The notes under the pieces are model-generated. The model saw nothing but the letters and a program-made list of their open reading frames with translations, ran no database searches and was not told where the DNA came from. Shown piece after piece: positions 32,530 to 39,953 of a DNA stretch of 39,953 nucleotides. Position numbers and translations under genes: made by a program. The stretch is from a virus: the IMG/VR virus record IMGVR_UViG_3300040801_001099, positions 1 to 39,953 of that record; one strand, written 5' to 3'. Each line of letters starts with the position of its first letter. The stretch's first letter is position 1.

Positions 32530-33962
32530 GAGTAGACATCACAGCAAACAGCCGTGGCTTCCGCCGTGGCATGAACAGCAATAAGAGCTTCCTTGCAAGG
32601 TGGGCGAAGTCTGTTGCGAATAAGATGGCTGCCGCTGGGCGAAACATCGGTCGTCGACTGGTGCATGGCATCACGTCCACCATTCGCCGTGGAGCGATGG
32701 TCGCTGGCGGATTGCTGGTGGCGGGAGTCGGCAAGTCAATCAGCGAAGCCGGGCGGTTTGAAGCATACGAAATGCAGTTCGACGCATTGCTTGGTGGTGC
32801 TGAAGAAGCCAAGAAACGGATGCAGGAGATCCGTGACATCGACTTGGAAGTGCCATTCGACATCACGAGCATCACCGACGCAAGCCGAATCCTGACAGTG
32901 TTCACCAATAACGCTTTCGCATCTACTGATGCATTGCGCATGATGGCAGACGCGGCGGCGGTGACACCCAACGACATCAAAGACGTAGCGTTCTGGTATG
33001 GTCGTGCATACTCCATGATCCAATCTGGCAGACCGTTCGGTGAAGCTGCAATGCGCTTGCAGGAAATGGGTCTGCTTACTGGTGAAGCACGAAACGAGAT
33101 GGAGAAGTTTTCTGGAGTTAAGAGTCCACAGGCTATTGCCAAAATGATGGACTTGCTGAACGCTGAGTTCTTGAAGTTTGAAGGCTCGTCCGACAGACTG
33201 ATGAAAACATGGAAAGGTATCTCATCCGTGTTCTCGTCTGCTGTGAAGCAGTCATTCGCCGCCGTTGGCGACGAGATTCTGCCACTAGCGAAAGTGTGGC
33301 TCCAAGAGCTGATTGATAAGATGGCGCAGTTGAGAAACAATGGCACGCTGACTCGGTGGGGGCAGAACGTTTCTAAAGCGTTGGAAGATGTCAGGGATAA
33401 AGTTAAATCTCTTTTTGGCGTACTAAAAGGCAGGTTCGACTTTGCAAAAGCTCATGGTGCAACAGACACGCAAGCTGTTGTAGAGGCAATACTAGGGGAC
33501 AAGCAATCTCTTTCAGCCGCTATACATGACAGGCTTAATGGTGTATTGAAGTCAATCGGAAATTGGGTTGAAAAAAACAGTCCTGCGATAGCTCAGGTCG
33601 GGTTGACAATTGGTGGTGCAGTCGCAAAAGGAATTTGGGACGGTTGGACGAGCTTCGTTACAAAAGATAAAATACAAACCTGGATGCGTGATAGCGTCCC
33701 GCTTGGGAATTTTATTGGTTCTTCGGCAGACGTGGTTGGGTCTACTTCAGGTGGGTCAACGGACAAAGACGCTTTGATGAAGGCTGTCTCGGAAAGTTAC
33801 AGACTAACATTCAAGGCGTTAAATCCTGTCATTTATGGTTTAACAAAATTACAAATGTCCATGCCACAAGGAGGGCTTTCTCCAGCACAAGAAAAACAAA
33901 GGCAAATTGAATTGCTACAAAGTATAGATAACAAGCTAACTAAACCACCGGAGGCTCCGTAA
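32511..33962 (+). CDS. Tail tape measure protein
   Basis: 483 aa and helical. GKSISEAGRFEAYEMQFDALLGGAEEAKKRMQEIRDIDLEVPFDITSITDASRIL resembles the TP901-type tape-measure core. Several antisense track ORFs here are shadows. Confidence 0.8.
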   Translation: MAGGGVRVDITANSRGFRRGMNSNKSFLARWAKSVANKMAAAGRNIGRRLVHGITSTIRRGAMVAGGLLVAGVGKSISEAGRFEAYEMQFDALLGGAEEAKKRMQEIRDIDLEVPFDITSITDASRILTVFTNNAFASTDALRMMADAAAVTPNDIKDVAFWYGRAYSMIQSGRPFGEAAMRLQEMGLLTGEARNEMEKFSGVKSPQAIAKMMDLLNAEFLKFEGSSDRLMKTWKGISSVFSSAVKQSFAAVGDEILPLAKVWLQELIDKMAQLRNNGTLTRWGQNVSKALEDVRDKVKSLFGVLKGRFDFAKAHGATDTQAVVEAILGDKQSLSAAIHDRLNGVLKSIGNWVEKNSPAIAQVGLTIGGAVAKGIWDGWTSFVTKDKIQTWMRDSVPLGNFIGSSADVVGSTSGGSTDKDALMKAVSESYRLTFKALNPVIYGLTKLQMSMPQGGLSPAQEKQRQIELLQSIDNKLTKPPEAP

Positions 33963-34372
33963 TGGCACAGCAAGAATGGATTTTAGGCAACTTTAGAGAG
34001 TACTACGACAGGTGGGAAGACGACGACCAGATTACTGGTGAAAAACTTCAGTATCGACAATACCGCTATTCTGTCGAGCGGTTCGCAAAATATGTTCCGC
34101 CATTTACGTTAACCTTGTTCACTATTGACTATTCGGGAAGCCCTAGCGAAGTTGATGTCAATGCCTGTGGGCAGTCTGTAGATGTTCAAGATCTCCGAAC
34201 ATCTAACGAAGAAGAATATGGCGAAATAAGGCTCATGGATAGAACCTTGCAGTACAATCAAGGTGAATCCGGTATTCTGCTTGTATCAGAGTCTTGGGAA
34301 AGCGACGGGTACGGCGTTGAGTATTGGTCTGCCACAGATGGACAATGGAAGCCTGTGGTGAGCGAGGCGTAA
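33962..34372 (+). CDS. Distal tail protein candidate
   Basis: 136 aa with a TAATG overlap with the tape-measure gene. Confidence 0.5.
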   Translation: MAQQEWILGNFREYYDRWEDDDQITGEKLQYRQYRYSVERFAKYVPPFTLTLFTIDYSGSPSEVDVNACGQSVDVQDLRTSNEEEYGEIRLMDRTLQYNQGESGILLVSESWESDGYGVEYWSATDGQWKPVVSEA

Positions 34373-34953
34373 TGAGCGCAAACATCCGCAGAGTAGGGTC
34401 GTCTGTATCTGAAGCCAGCCCTTCTTTTTTGAGAAAGGCAAAGAACTTCATGTCTAATTGGGAGGTGAGCGGAGGCTCGTTCTCTTTCGACGGCTATCGG
34501 GTTAGGTTGCGGATACCGACGACTACATCTTCTTTGACGCCTTCACCTTGGCAAACCACACGCAATGACGATGGCGATACAAAGCGGGTTAGCGTAAGAC
34601 CCGGCACGATCAACAGCATCGTCCCTACAGACATCTTTGACCCTATAGAGATAACAGGAACGGTAACCGAGTACATTGTGTTGACCATGACAAGCACTGC
34701 CGGAAGTCCCGTTTCTGCATCATTATCAAAAGAAACAACATATCCTGTTCCGAGTGCCACAACCCCCAGCCATCCACCAACCGAGGTGAAGGATGTTATT
34801 GCCGTCATTGGCAATGGAGTTGTATACCAAGTGCGAGACACAAATCTTGTGGCTACCAGCGTAGAGGTATATCAAGAGACGGTGGCAAATCCCGCTGTTG
34901 GAGAAAGACAATACATACCTTGGTATAGATGGGAGATAACATCAAGTGATTAA
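34372..34953 (+). CDS. Tail tip / baseplate protein candidate
   Basis: Internal ATG of track ORF 34324..34953 with a TAATG overlap. Confidence 0.5.
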   Translation: MSANIRRVGSSVSEASPSFLRKAKNFMSNWEVSGGSFSFDGYRVRLRIPTTTSSLTPSPWQTTRNDDGDTKRVSVRPGTINSIVPTDIFDPIEITGTVTEYIVLTMTSTAGSPVSASLSKETTYPVPSATTPSHPPTEVKDVIAVIGNGVVYQVRDTNLVATSVEVYQETVANPAVGERQYIPWYRWEITSSD

Positions 34954-37108
34954 CGGAAACACAATAGTAAATTTGACAGATAGATTTCCTCAAGAATTTA
35001 CGTCGAAGACATATACATCTCATACTGGTGACACAGGCTCATATACAGATGTTGTTCCTACATCTGTATCCACTGGTCCTGTATCAAGAACAACAACTCA
35101 GTTCTCTGGACATAGAGGCGATTTTTATAGTGATGCATTAAGGTCTACTTTCTCAGATGTATCTTTTTATGACAGATGGAATAGCACTATTTATAATGAG
35201 AAACCAAACGCACTCGCAAGTGCTCATTTATCTTATTGGACAACTTATGAGTATACAGGTAATGTATTAGGTGTAACCTATGGTACTATTAACGGATATA
35301 CTTATAATAATGCGCAATCTTGGCCTTTCACTCCTACCACAAACACTACAATCAATGAGACTATTTTAGATTCTACTAGAAGAACAACATATGGTCAAAC
35401 AGATTATACCGCTAATGGTACTACTACTTCTGGTTTTACAAGCTTTTATACAGACACAGATACAATACCTACGACTGGAACATACGGCATTGTAACTTAT
35501 GGAGCAATAGGTACAAGCACTGATAGTGGATTCTATACCACAACTGCTAGTAAAACAGATGTTTCAACTTCATCAACTCGCAGAACAATTACTACAGATT
35601 CTTCTCTACGTTCGACAACATTTACCTCTTTTTATACATTAGGTCAAACCACTGTACCTGCATATTGGGCCAATTACAATGAAAGACTTGCTTATGTCTT
35701 ACCTGTTAGTGGATATCCAAGAGATGTCGTTGAGTGGTCAGTTGCTTATAGTGATTTAGGAACAAAAATTGATGCTGGTGCGCAATTTCCTTCTGAAGGT
35801 GCTAATTTCTTAACATCCGTATATGATACTCAAACAGAGATAAAAACGAAATTAAAAACAACTACAACTAATACAACTTCGTTTCAAGCTTTCTCTCTAT
35901 GGCCTACTCATAATGCAGAGGCTACTTATCATTCTACTTCAAGTTCAACTGTTTCTACAACGTATCAAGAGCAATCTGTTGACACGGATGGTAAATTATT
36001 CGTATACTCATCTACATCTTCGCATCCATATACTAATACGTATACATTAGCATCTACTATACCTGTTACTATTTCACTTACAACAGCTACTACATCTGAG
36101 TGGACTGGTGGATTTTATACCGAGGCAAGAAGTAAGCTTGGGAATATCACATATTCATTGTCAGGTGGAAGATATATAATGTCAAAAAATGGTAATGAAA
36201 TAACTTATTTGACTACTTATGGAGGTTCTAACAATAGTGTAGATGCATTTTCATTAGCTAATGTGGTAAGATTAAGCACTCAATATACTACAGCTGAGAA
36301 CGTAGCTATGACATATTATGGTGGACCAACATATATAACCTCTGACACAGGTTTTTACTCATACGTAGACTCGTATTTAAGCGATGCAGATTCTACCGTA
36401 ACTCAAGCAAAAATTCAAAGAAGTGACATGTTATCCGTTGGAGGTACTACTTCTTCTATACCATTTACTCAAGCATTTGGTCTTGCTCAAACTTATCAAA
36501 CAGCAGCAGGAATAACTCCATCTGGTGACATGTCATATGATAATGGGTTTGGATTAGGATTTTCTATTCCTGCAAACATCTCTTTTGTTGATTTCACTAC
36601 ATCATCTGTTTATAATGGTGGAGTAATGTTAACAACTGCAACTGGAGACTTATATAAGGCATCTCAATCGATAGACTCTGTATCAGCTACAACCTATGGC
36701 ACATCAATTAAGACAACTGGCACTGGCACTGGCACTGGTACTGTATCCACTACAGATGCATCTCTCACAACGTCATATAGTGGATTAATAAACACTGAAA
36801 TATCATGGGATGCTACTCATTATACTAATAATTTAATTCTTGCAGGAGAAGGAGAAGCATCTTTTGCTAATAATGGTTTTGACGGAGATGTTGACTTACA
36901 CATAAGAGGCGTCTATAAGATCACTACTTTTGACCCGACTGGCGGTGAAATTGCGACATATAAATCGACATATGCAGGAGATAACACTATAAGTATTACA
37001 GGCGGAGATGGGCTAGTATTATATAAAGGTGGCACTAAGTTATTAACCCTTGGATTTAGCTCAGTTGCGTCTACTTTTAGGAGTATAACAAAATTTACAA
37101 AAACATAA
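34946..37108 (+). CDS. Thr/Ser/Tyr-rich, Cys-free 720-aa fibre/adhesin-like protein (low-GC gene)
   Basis: GTG start with GGGAG 10 nt upstream. It is an uninterrupted 2.16-kb ORF with an abrupt drop in GC. Contains runs such as TTTTNTTS, TSSSTVSTTY and TTGTGTGTGTV. Confidence 0.7.
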   Translation: MINGNTIVNLTDRFPQEFTSKTYTSHTGDTGSYTDVVPTSVSTGPVSRTTTQFSGHRGDFYSDALRSTFSDVSFYDRWNSTIYNEKPNALASAHLSYWTTYEYTGNVLGVTYGTINGYTYNNAQSWPFTPTTNTTINETILDSTRRTTYGQTDYTANGTTTSGFTSFYTDTDTIPTTGTYGIVTYGAIGTSTDSGFYTTTASKTDVSTSSTRRTITTDSSLRSTTFTSFYTLGQTTVPAYWANYNERLAYVLPVSGYPRDVVEWSVAYSDLGTKIDAGAQFPSEGANFLTSVYDTQTEIKTKLKTTTTNTTSFQAFSLWPTHNAEATYHSTSSSTVSTTYQEQSVDTDGKLFVYSSTSSHPYTNTYTLASTIPVTISLTTATTSEWTGGFYTEARSKLGNITYSLSGGRYIMSKNGNEITYLTTYGGSNNSVDAFSLANVVRLSTQYTTAENVAMTYYGGPTYITSDTGFYSYVDSYLSDADSTVTQAKIQRSDMLSVGGTTSSIPFTQAFGLAQTYQTAAGITPSGDMSYDNGFGLGFSIPANISFVDFTTSSVYNGGVMLTTATGDLYKASQSIDSVSATTYGTSIKTTGTGTGTGTVSTTDASLTTSYSGLINTEISWDATHYTNNLILAGEGEASFANNGFDGDVDLHIRGVYKITTFDPTGGEIATYKSTYAGDNTISITGGDGLVLYKGGTKLLTLGFSSVASTFRSITKFTKT
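36716..36742 (+). repeat. Hexanucleotide microsatellite (ACTGGC)x3-ACTGGT-ACT encoding (TG)4T
   Basis: Read directly from the sequence. Confidence 0.9.
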
Positions 37109-37125
37109 AAACCTAAAGGACAACA

Positions 37126-38142
37126 ATGAAAATCGTATGCACAATCGCAGGAACCCACTCTTATCAATACGCCTTGGACAACTGTGTCCGCAGAATACAG
37201 GCGGCGGTGTTTCACGCAAGAAGCAGATATGAAATTGATTTTGAGATTGTTATTTCAACCGATCAAGAAGGCGTAGAGTATGCCAGAAAGGTATGTCCGA
37301 ATGCACATATAGAAGTGTCAACGAGGTCTGAAGATAAAGTAAGGTACAAAGAGAAGGCGCAGTTGTTAATTGCTGACTTACAGCAAATGGGATTCCGCAA
37401 AGCCATAGAGCTTGGCGCAGACATGTGCTGGTGTGTGGAGTCTGATATTCTGGTCCCTTATAATGCCCTGTCTTGCTCCTTGGACATGCTACAGTTTGAT
37501 GACGGGTATTATGACGTGGCATTCGTGACATACCCTTCCCACAGCGGAGCAGCGTTCCTCGGCGGTCACGGAAGCCCGTCGCATCCGATAGAAGAAGACC
37601 ACTTGCCTGAAGAGCGAGATGTACCTGAAGAACTTCAAACTCGATTTGACGAGGCAAAAGCAAAAATAGAGAAAAAAGACCCGAAGGCAGAAGACGTTAA
37701 AGCCTTCCACGACATCATGGAAGAGGTCAAGAAATGCCCACCGAAGGGGAACATATTTGAGCTGAATGCGAAGAAGTGGAGACGCAGGGGCTGGTTTGAC
37801 AATGCACACCCTGGTATCGGTCGGGGAGCTGTCCTTGAGACAGATTGGACGGGTCTGGGTTGTAATCTATTATCACGGCGTGCCTTGGCTCTTGCGGCAT
37901 TTGACGGGTATGAAGGCAAAGGCACTCAAGATTTGTTCTTAAACTGGAGACGCTGGAAGGCTAACGATTTGAGGTTCTGCGTTATATCACATTGCGTTTG
38001 CGAACACGTTGTAACCAGAGATGACGGGTCTAGAATAGTTGCCTTTGCCCATCACGAACCGCAGGGCGAATGCAAGGGGCATTTGCGGATTCAGCAAGTG
38101 CCGTATTTAAACGGCGTTGACAAAAACGTAGAAAACGTATAA
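37126..38142 (+). CDS. GT-A-like (nucleotide-sugar transferase-like) protein; function tentative
   Basis: The 338-aa ORF is solid (AAAGGAC RBS). The function is inferred only from its layout: an N-terminal MKIVCTIAG strand, an acidic WCVESDILVP where a DxD motif would sit, and a later GLGCNLLSRRAL. Confidence 0.45.
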   Translation: MKIVCTIAGTHSYQYALDNCVRRIQAAVFHARSRYEIDFEIVISTDQEGVEYARKVCPNAHIEVSTRSEDKVRYKEKAQLLIADLQQMGFRKAIELGADMCWCVESDILVPYNALSCSLDMLQFDDGYYDVAFVTYPSHSGAAFLGGHGSPSHPIEEDHLPEERDVPEELQTRFDEAKAKIEKKDPKAEDVKAFHDIMEEVKKCPPKGNIFELNAKKWRRRGWFDNAHPGIGRGAVLETDWTGLGCNLLSRRALALAAFDGYEGKGTQDLFLNWRRWKANDLRFCVISHCVCEHVVTRDDGSRIVAFAHHEPQGECKGHLRIQQVPYLNGVDKNVENV

Positions 38143-38154
38143 GGTGAAAAAATC

Positions 38155-39953
38155 ATGACAGACACAGCCACAATCAGAAAGCATCTAATCAAATCAGATT
38201 TCAGCGGAGCGTCTGAGGCTGAACAGTTTGAGTTCTACCAAGCGGAAACACTCCAGCTTGAGTTCGTTGCCACATCCAAGTGGGACGGACGTGTGGACAT
38301 GCCTCAAGGAGGTTCTTGCAAGCTCGAAGCATGGCTCGCATCAGACCCTAGCACACTTTACGTCAACAAAGTAGGCACAGTATCCGCCGACACCGACAAA
38401 GCCACTGTGTCGCTGTCCCGTGCCGAGAGCAATATGCCAGCGGGAACGTACACGTACACCGTGAAGGTATTCGACGCTGACGACACCATGACGGGTGTTG
38501 TCGCTGGTGGCACATTCGTCGTGAACTATGCTCCTGACAGCGACGCTGTGGACTACGTTGGCACAACGACCTACCCTGTTGCGAGCGACATCACGTATGA
38601 CAACGCCACGAGCGGATTGACAGCAGACAATGTGCAAGATGCGATTGACGAGCTGGAGGACGAGATTGACGTCGCTCTTGTTGGCGAATGGGGCGAGATC
38701 ACAGGAACGCTGTCCGACCAGACGGATTTGCAAGATGCTTTGGATGGAAAGGTAGGCACAGGTGACTCCCGCCTAACAGACGCACGAGAATGGACAGCGG
38801 ATACAATCGACCAAGCGGAAGCAGAAGCAGGCACAGCGACGACAAGACGGGCGTTTACTGCATTGCGTGTCCGGCAGGCGATTGCGGCTTGGTGGGCGGG
38901 AATCACAAGCATTACCATCAACACAGTCAAAGCCCTGACCGCCTCCGGCATAGCCCTGAAAGACTCCGACGATGTAACACAAGCGACGATCAACAACCTC
39001 GGCATTGTGACGGGAGACGGAACGCGAACCGCCTCAACCGGATGGGCGCGTATTGCTAGTTTTGCTGCTGCATCGATAGCGCAAATGAACCGGGCTACAC
39101 CGTCAGATTTCGCATCGTTTAATTTCAAAACCAATAATGTGGATTATTGGGCGATGGGGCTGTCTTCAAACGAGACGTCCGCCAACGCGTGGACGTTTCG
39201 CAATCTGATTTCAGGCGTCAACACATTCTGGCTGGATGTGACAACGAACTTCGGACACTTTTTGATTGGTATCATCTCGCCAATCATCAAAGCCGCCAGT
39301 GCCGCAGGCATCGCATTCCAAGACGACACAGGCACGACGCAAGCGACGATTGACAGCACGGGACTTGCGCTGACCACCGACCTTGCAGTCACACACGGCG
39401 GTACGGGTGCGAGTACGGCGGCGGATGCACGCACGAATTTAGGCGCACTCGGCATAACAGAAACAGCCTCCGACGTAAACCCCGCAGGAACGCAGATTGC
39501 GGCGGCTTTGGGAGCTTTGGCGTTCACCCTCAACGACGTTGCCAACAACGCCGCAAAGCTGGCCCTGACCGGAATTGATGCGGGACACATCGTGCGTGTG
39601 ACGGTTGAGGCGAACAGGGTTGAGCAGTACATCGGTGGGACGATCAGCGATGAGTCGAGTTGGAGGACACTACCAGCTTCGTCCGACCTGCAACATACGC
39701 AAACCCCGACCTTCGTCAAGACCGCCAGTGCCGTCACCGATTTTATTCTCGGGGACATCCCGGATAACTGGAAGGGCGCCGTAGGCACACTCACGGGGCT
39801 GTCCTTGGGGTCTTCCGTCACCACGATTGGAAACTATGCGTTCAGCAACTGCTCCGGTTTCACCGGAAGTCTGACTATCCCTGATTCCGTCACCACGATT
39901 GGAAACTATGCGTTCAGCAACTGCTCCGGTTTCACCGGAAGTCTGACTATCCC
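38155..39953 (+). CDS. Tail fibre / receptor-binding protein, N-terminal 599 codons (continues at nt 1-270 or 57-270 across the junction)
   Basis: I translated frame 1 from ATG 38155 (GGTGAAAAAATC upstream) to the window end and found no stop. It contains classic fibre motifs: GDSRLTDAREWTADTIDQAEAEAGTATTRRAFTALRVRQAIAAWW and THGGTGASTAADARTNLGA. It ends in LRR units. It is missing from the track because it has no stop in the window. The antisense ORFs 38341..38733, 38571..39134 and 39144..39824 are shadows. Confidence 0.85.
   Translation, partial: MTDTATIRKHLIKSDFSGASEAEQFEFYQAETLQLEFVATSKWDGRVDMPQGGSCKLEAWLASDPSTLYVNKVGTVSADTDKATVSLSRAESNMPAGTYTYTVKVFDADDTMTGVVAGGTFVVNYAPDSDAVDYVGTTTYPVASDITYDNATSGLTADNVQDAIDELEDEIDVALVGEWGEITGTLSDQTDLQDALDGKVGTGDSRLTDAREWTADTIDQAEAEAGTATTRRAFTALRVRQAIAAWWAGITSITINTVKALTASGIALKDSDDVTQATINNLGIVTGDGTRTASTGWARIASFAAASIAQMNRATPSDFASFNFKTNNVDYWAMGLSSNETSANAWTFRNLISGVNTFWLDVTTNFGHFLIGIISPIIKAASAAGIAFQDDTGTTQATIDSTGLALTTDLAVTHGGTGASTAADARTNLGALGITETASDVNPAGTQIAAALGALAFTLNDVANNAAKLALTGIDAGHIVRVTVEANRVEQYIGGTISDESSWRTLPASSDLQHTQTPTFVKTASAVTDFILGDIPDNWKGAVGTLTGLSLGSSVTTIGNYAFSNCSGFTGSLTIPDSVTTIGNYAFSNCSGFTGSLTI
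39826..39953 (+). repeat. Nucleotide-identical 72-nt (24-aa) LRR units in tandem
   Basis: 39826-39897 equals 39898-39953 over the 56 nt available, and also equals window nt 1-79 (divergence begins at nt 80). Each unit encodes IGNYAFSNCSGFTGSLTIPDSVTT. Confidence 0.9.

Larger units (their letters stand above)
1..39953 (+). mobile_element. Complete tailed-phage genome (siphovirus-like, lambda/HK97-type head module), circular assembly
   Basis: Full set of phage modules is present, every credible gene is on the + strand, and there are no host flanks. The first 56 nt are identical to the last 56 nt and in the same reading frame. Confidence 0.85.

Noticed and set aside
35107-35115. RGD tripeptide (GHRGDFY) in the Thr-rich protein as an integrin-type adhesion motif
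   Set aside because: A single tripeptide is expected by chance in a 720-aa protein. No supporting context exists.

Overview
This window is an entire tailed-phage genome of about 39.9 kb assembled as a circle, not a chromosomal fragment. Nt 1-56 are identical to nt 39898-39953, and a tail-fibre gene reads in frame across that junction. All credible genes (about 75) lie on the + strand. They are tightly packed, with many ATGA/TAATG start-stop overlaps and AAGGA-type ribosome-binding sites. Gene order in window coordinates: fibre C-terminus (1-270); sulfotransferase (267-1064); an envelope/lysis-like cluster with three lipoproteins, tiny membrane proteins and a DUF1353 protein (1081-3912); a T-rich operon boundary. 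Then comes an early replication/recombination operon (4010-16970): HTH-metallophosphoesterase, AlpA-like HTH, Sak4-like AAA ATPase, DUF669/SSB-like protein, Cas4-like PD-(D/E)XK nuclease, DEAH helicase, PrimPol-helicase and RusA. A roughly 1-kb non-coding regulatory hub follows (16971-17983), then three small early genes with a strong terminator (17984-18891) and a G-rich non-coding stretch. Next are an RHH gene and terL (19260-21680), then a roughly 3-kb accessory block that opens with a dense iteron-like array (21741-22120) and carries an RHH gene plus several zinc-ribbon mini-proteins (to 24483). The late module runs gpW-like, portal, protease/scaffold, major capsid with terminator, head-tail and tail genes, tape measure, distal tail genes, a low-GC Thr/Ser/Tyr-rich 720-aa protein, a glycosyltransferase-like ORF, and an LRR-tipped tail fibre (24671-39953). 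I saw no integrase, CI-type repressor, tRNA, rRNA, CRISPR array or transposase. The most unusual items are: (1) the iteron array and RHH inserted between terL and gpW/portal; (2) the fibre-associated cassette of low-GC Thr-rich protein, GT-like ORF, LRR fibre and sulfotransferase; (3) the palindrome-rich hub at 17.0-18.0 kb; (4) a 22-bp perfect inverted repeat covering a gene start. Limits: no database search was possible, and functional calls rest on motifs I recognise by eye. Coordinates of ORFs under 60 aa and of repeats were hand counted and may be off by 1-2 nt. At one homopolymer near 18420 my count and the ORF track disagreed by 1 nt, and I followed the track.
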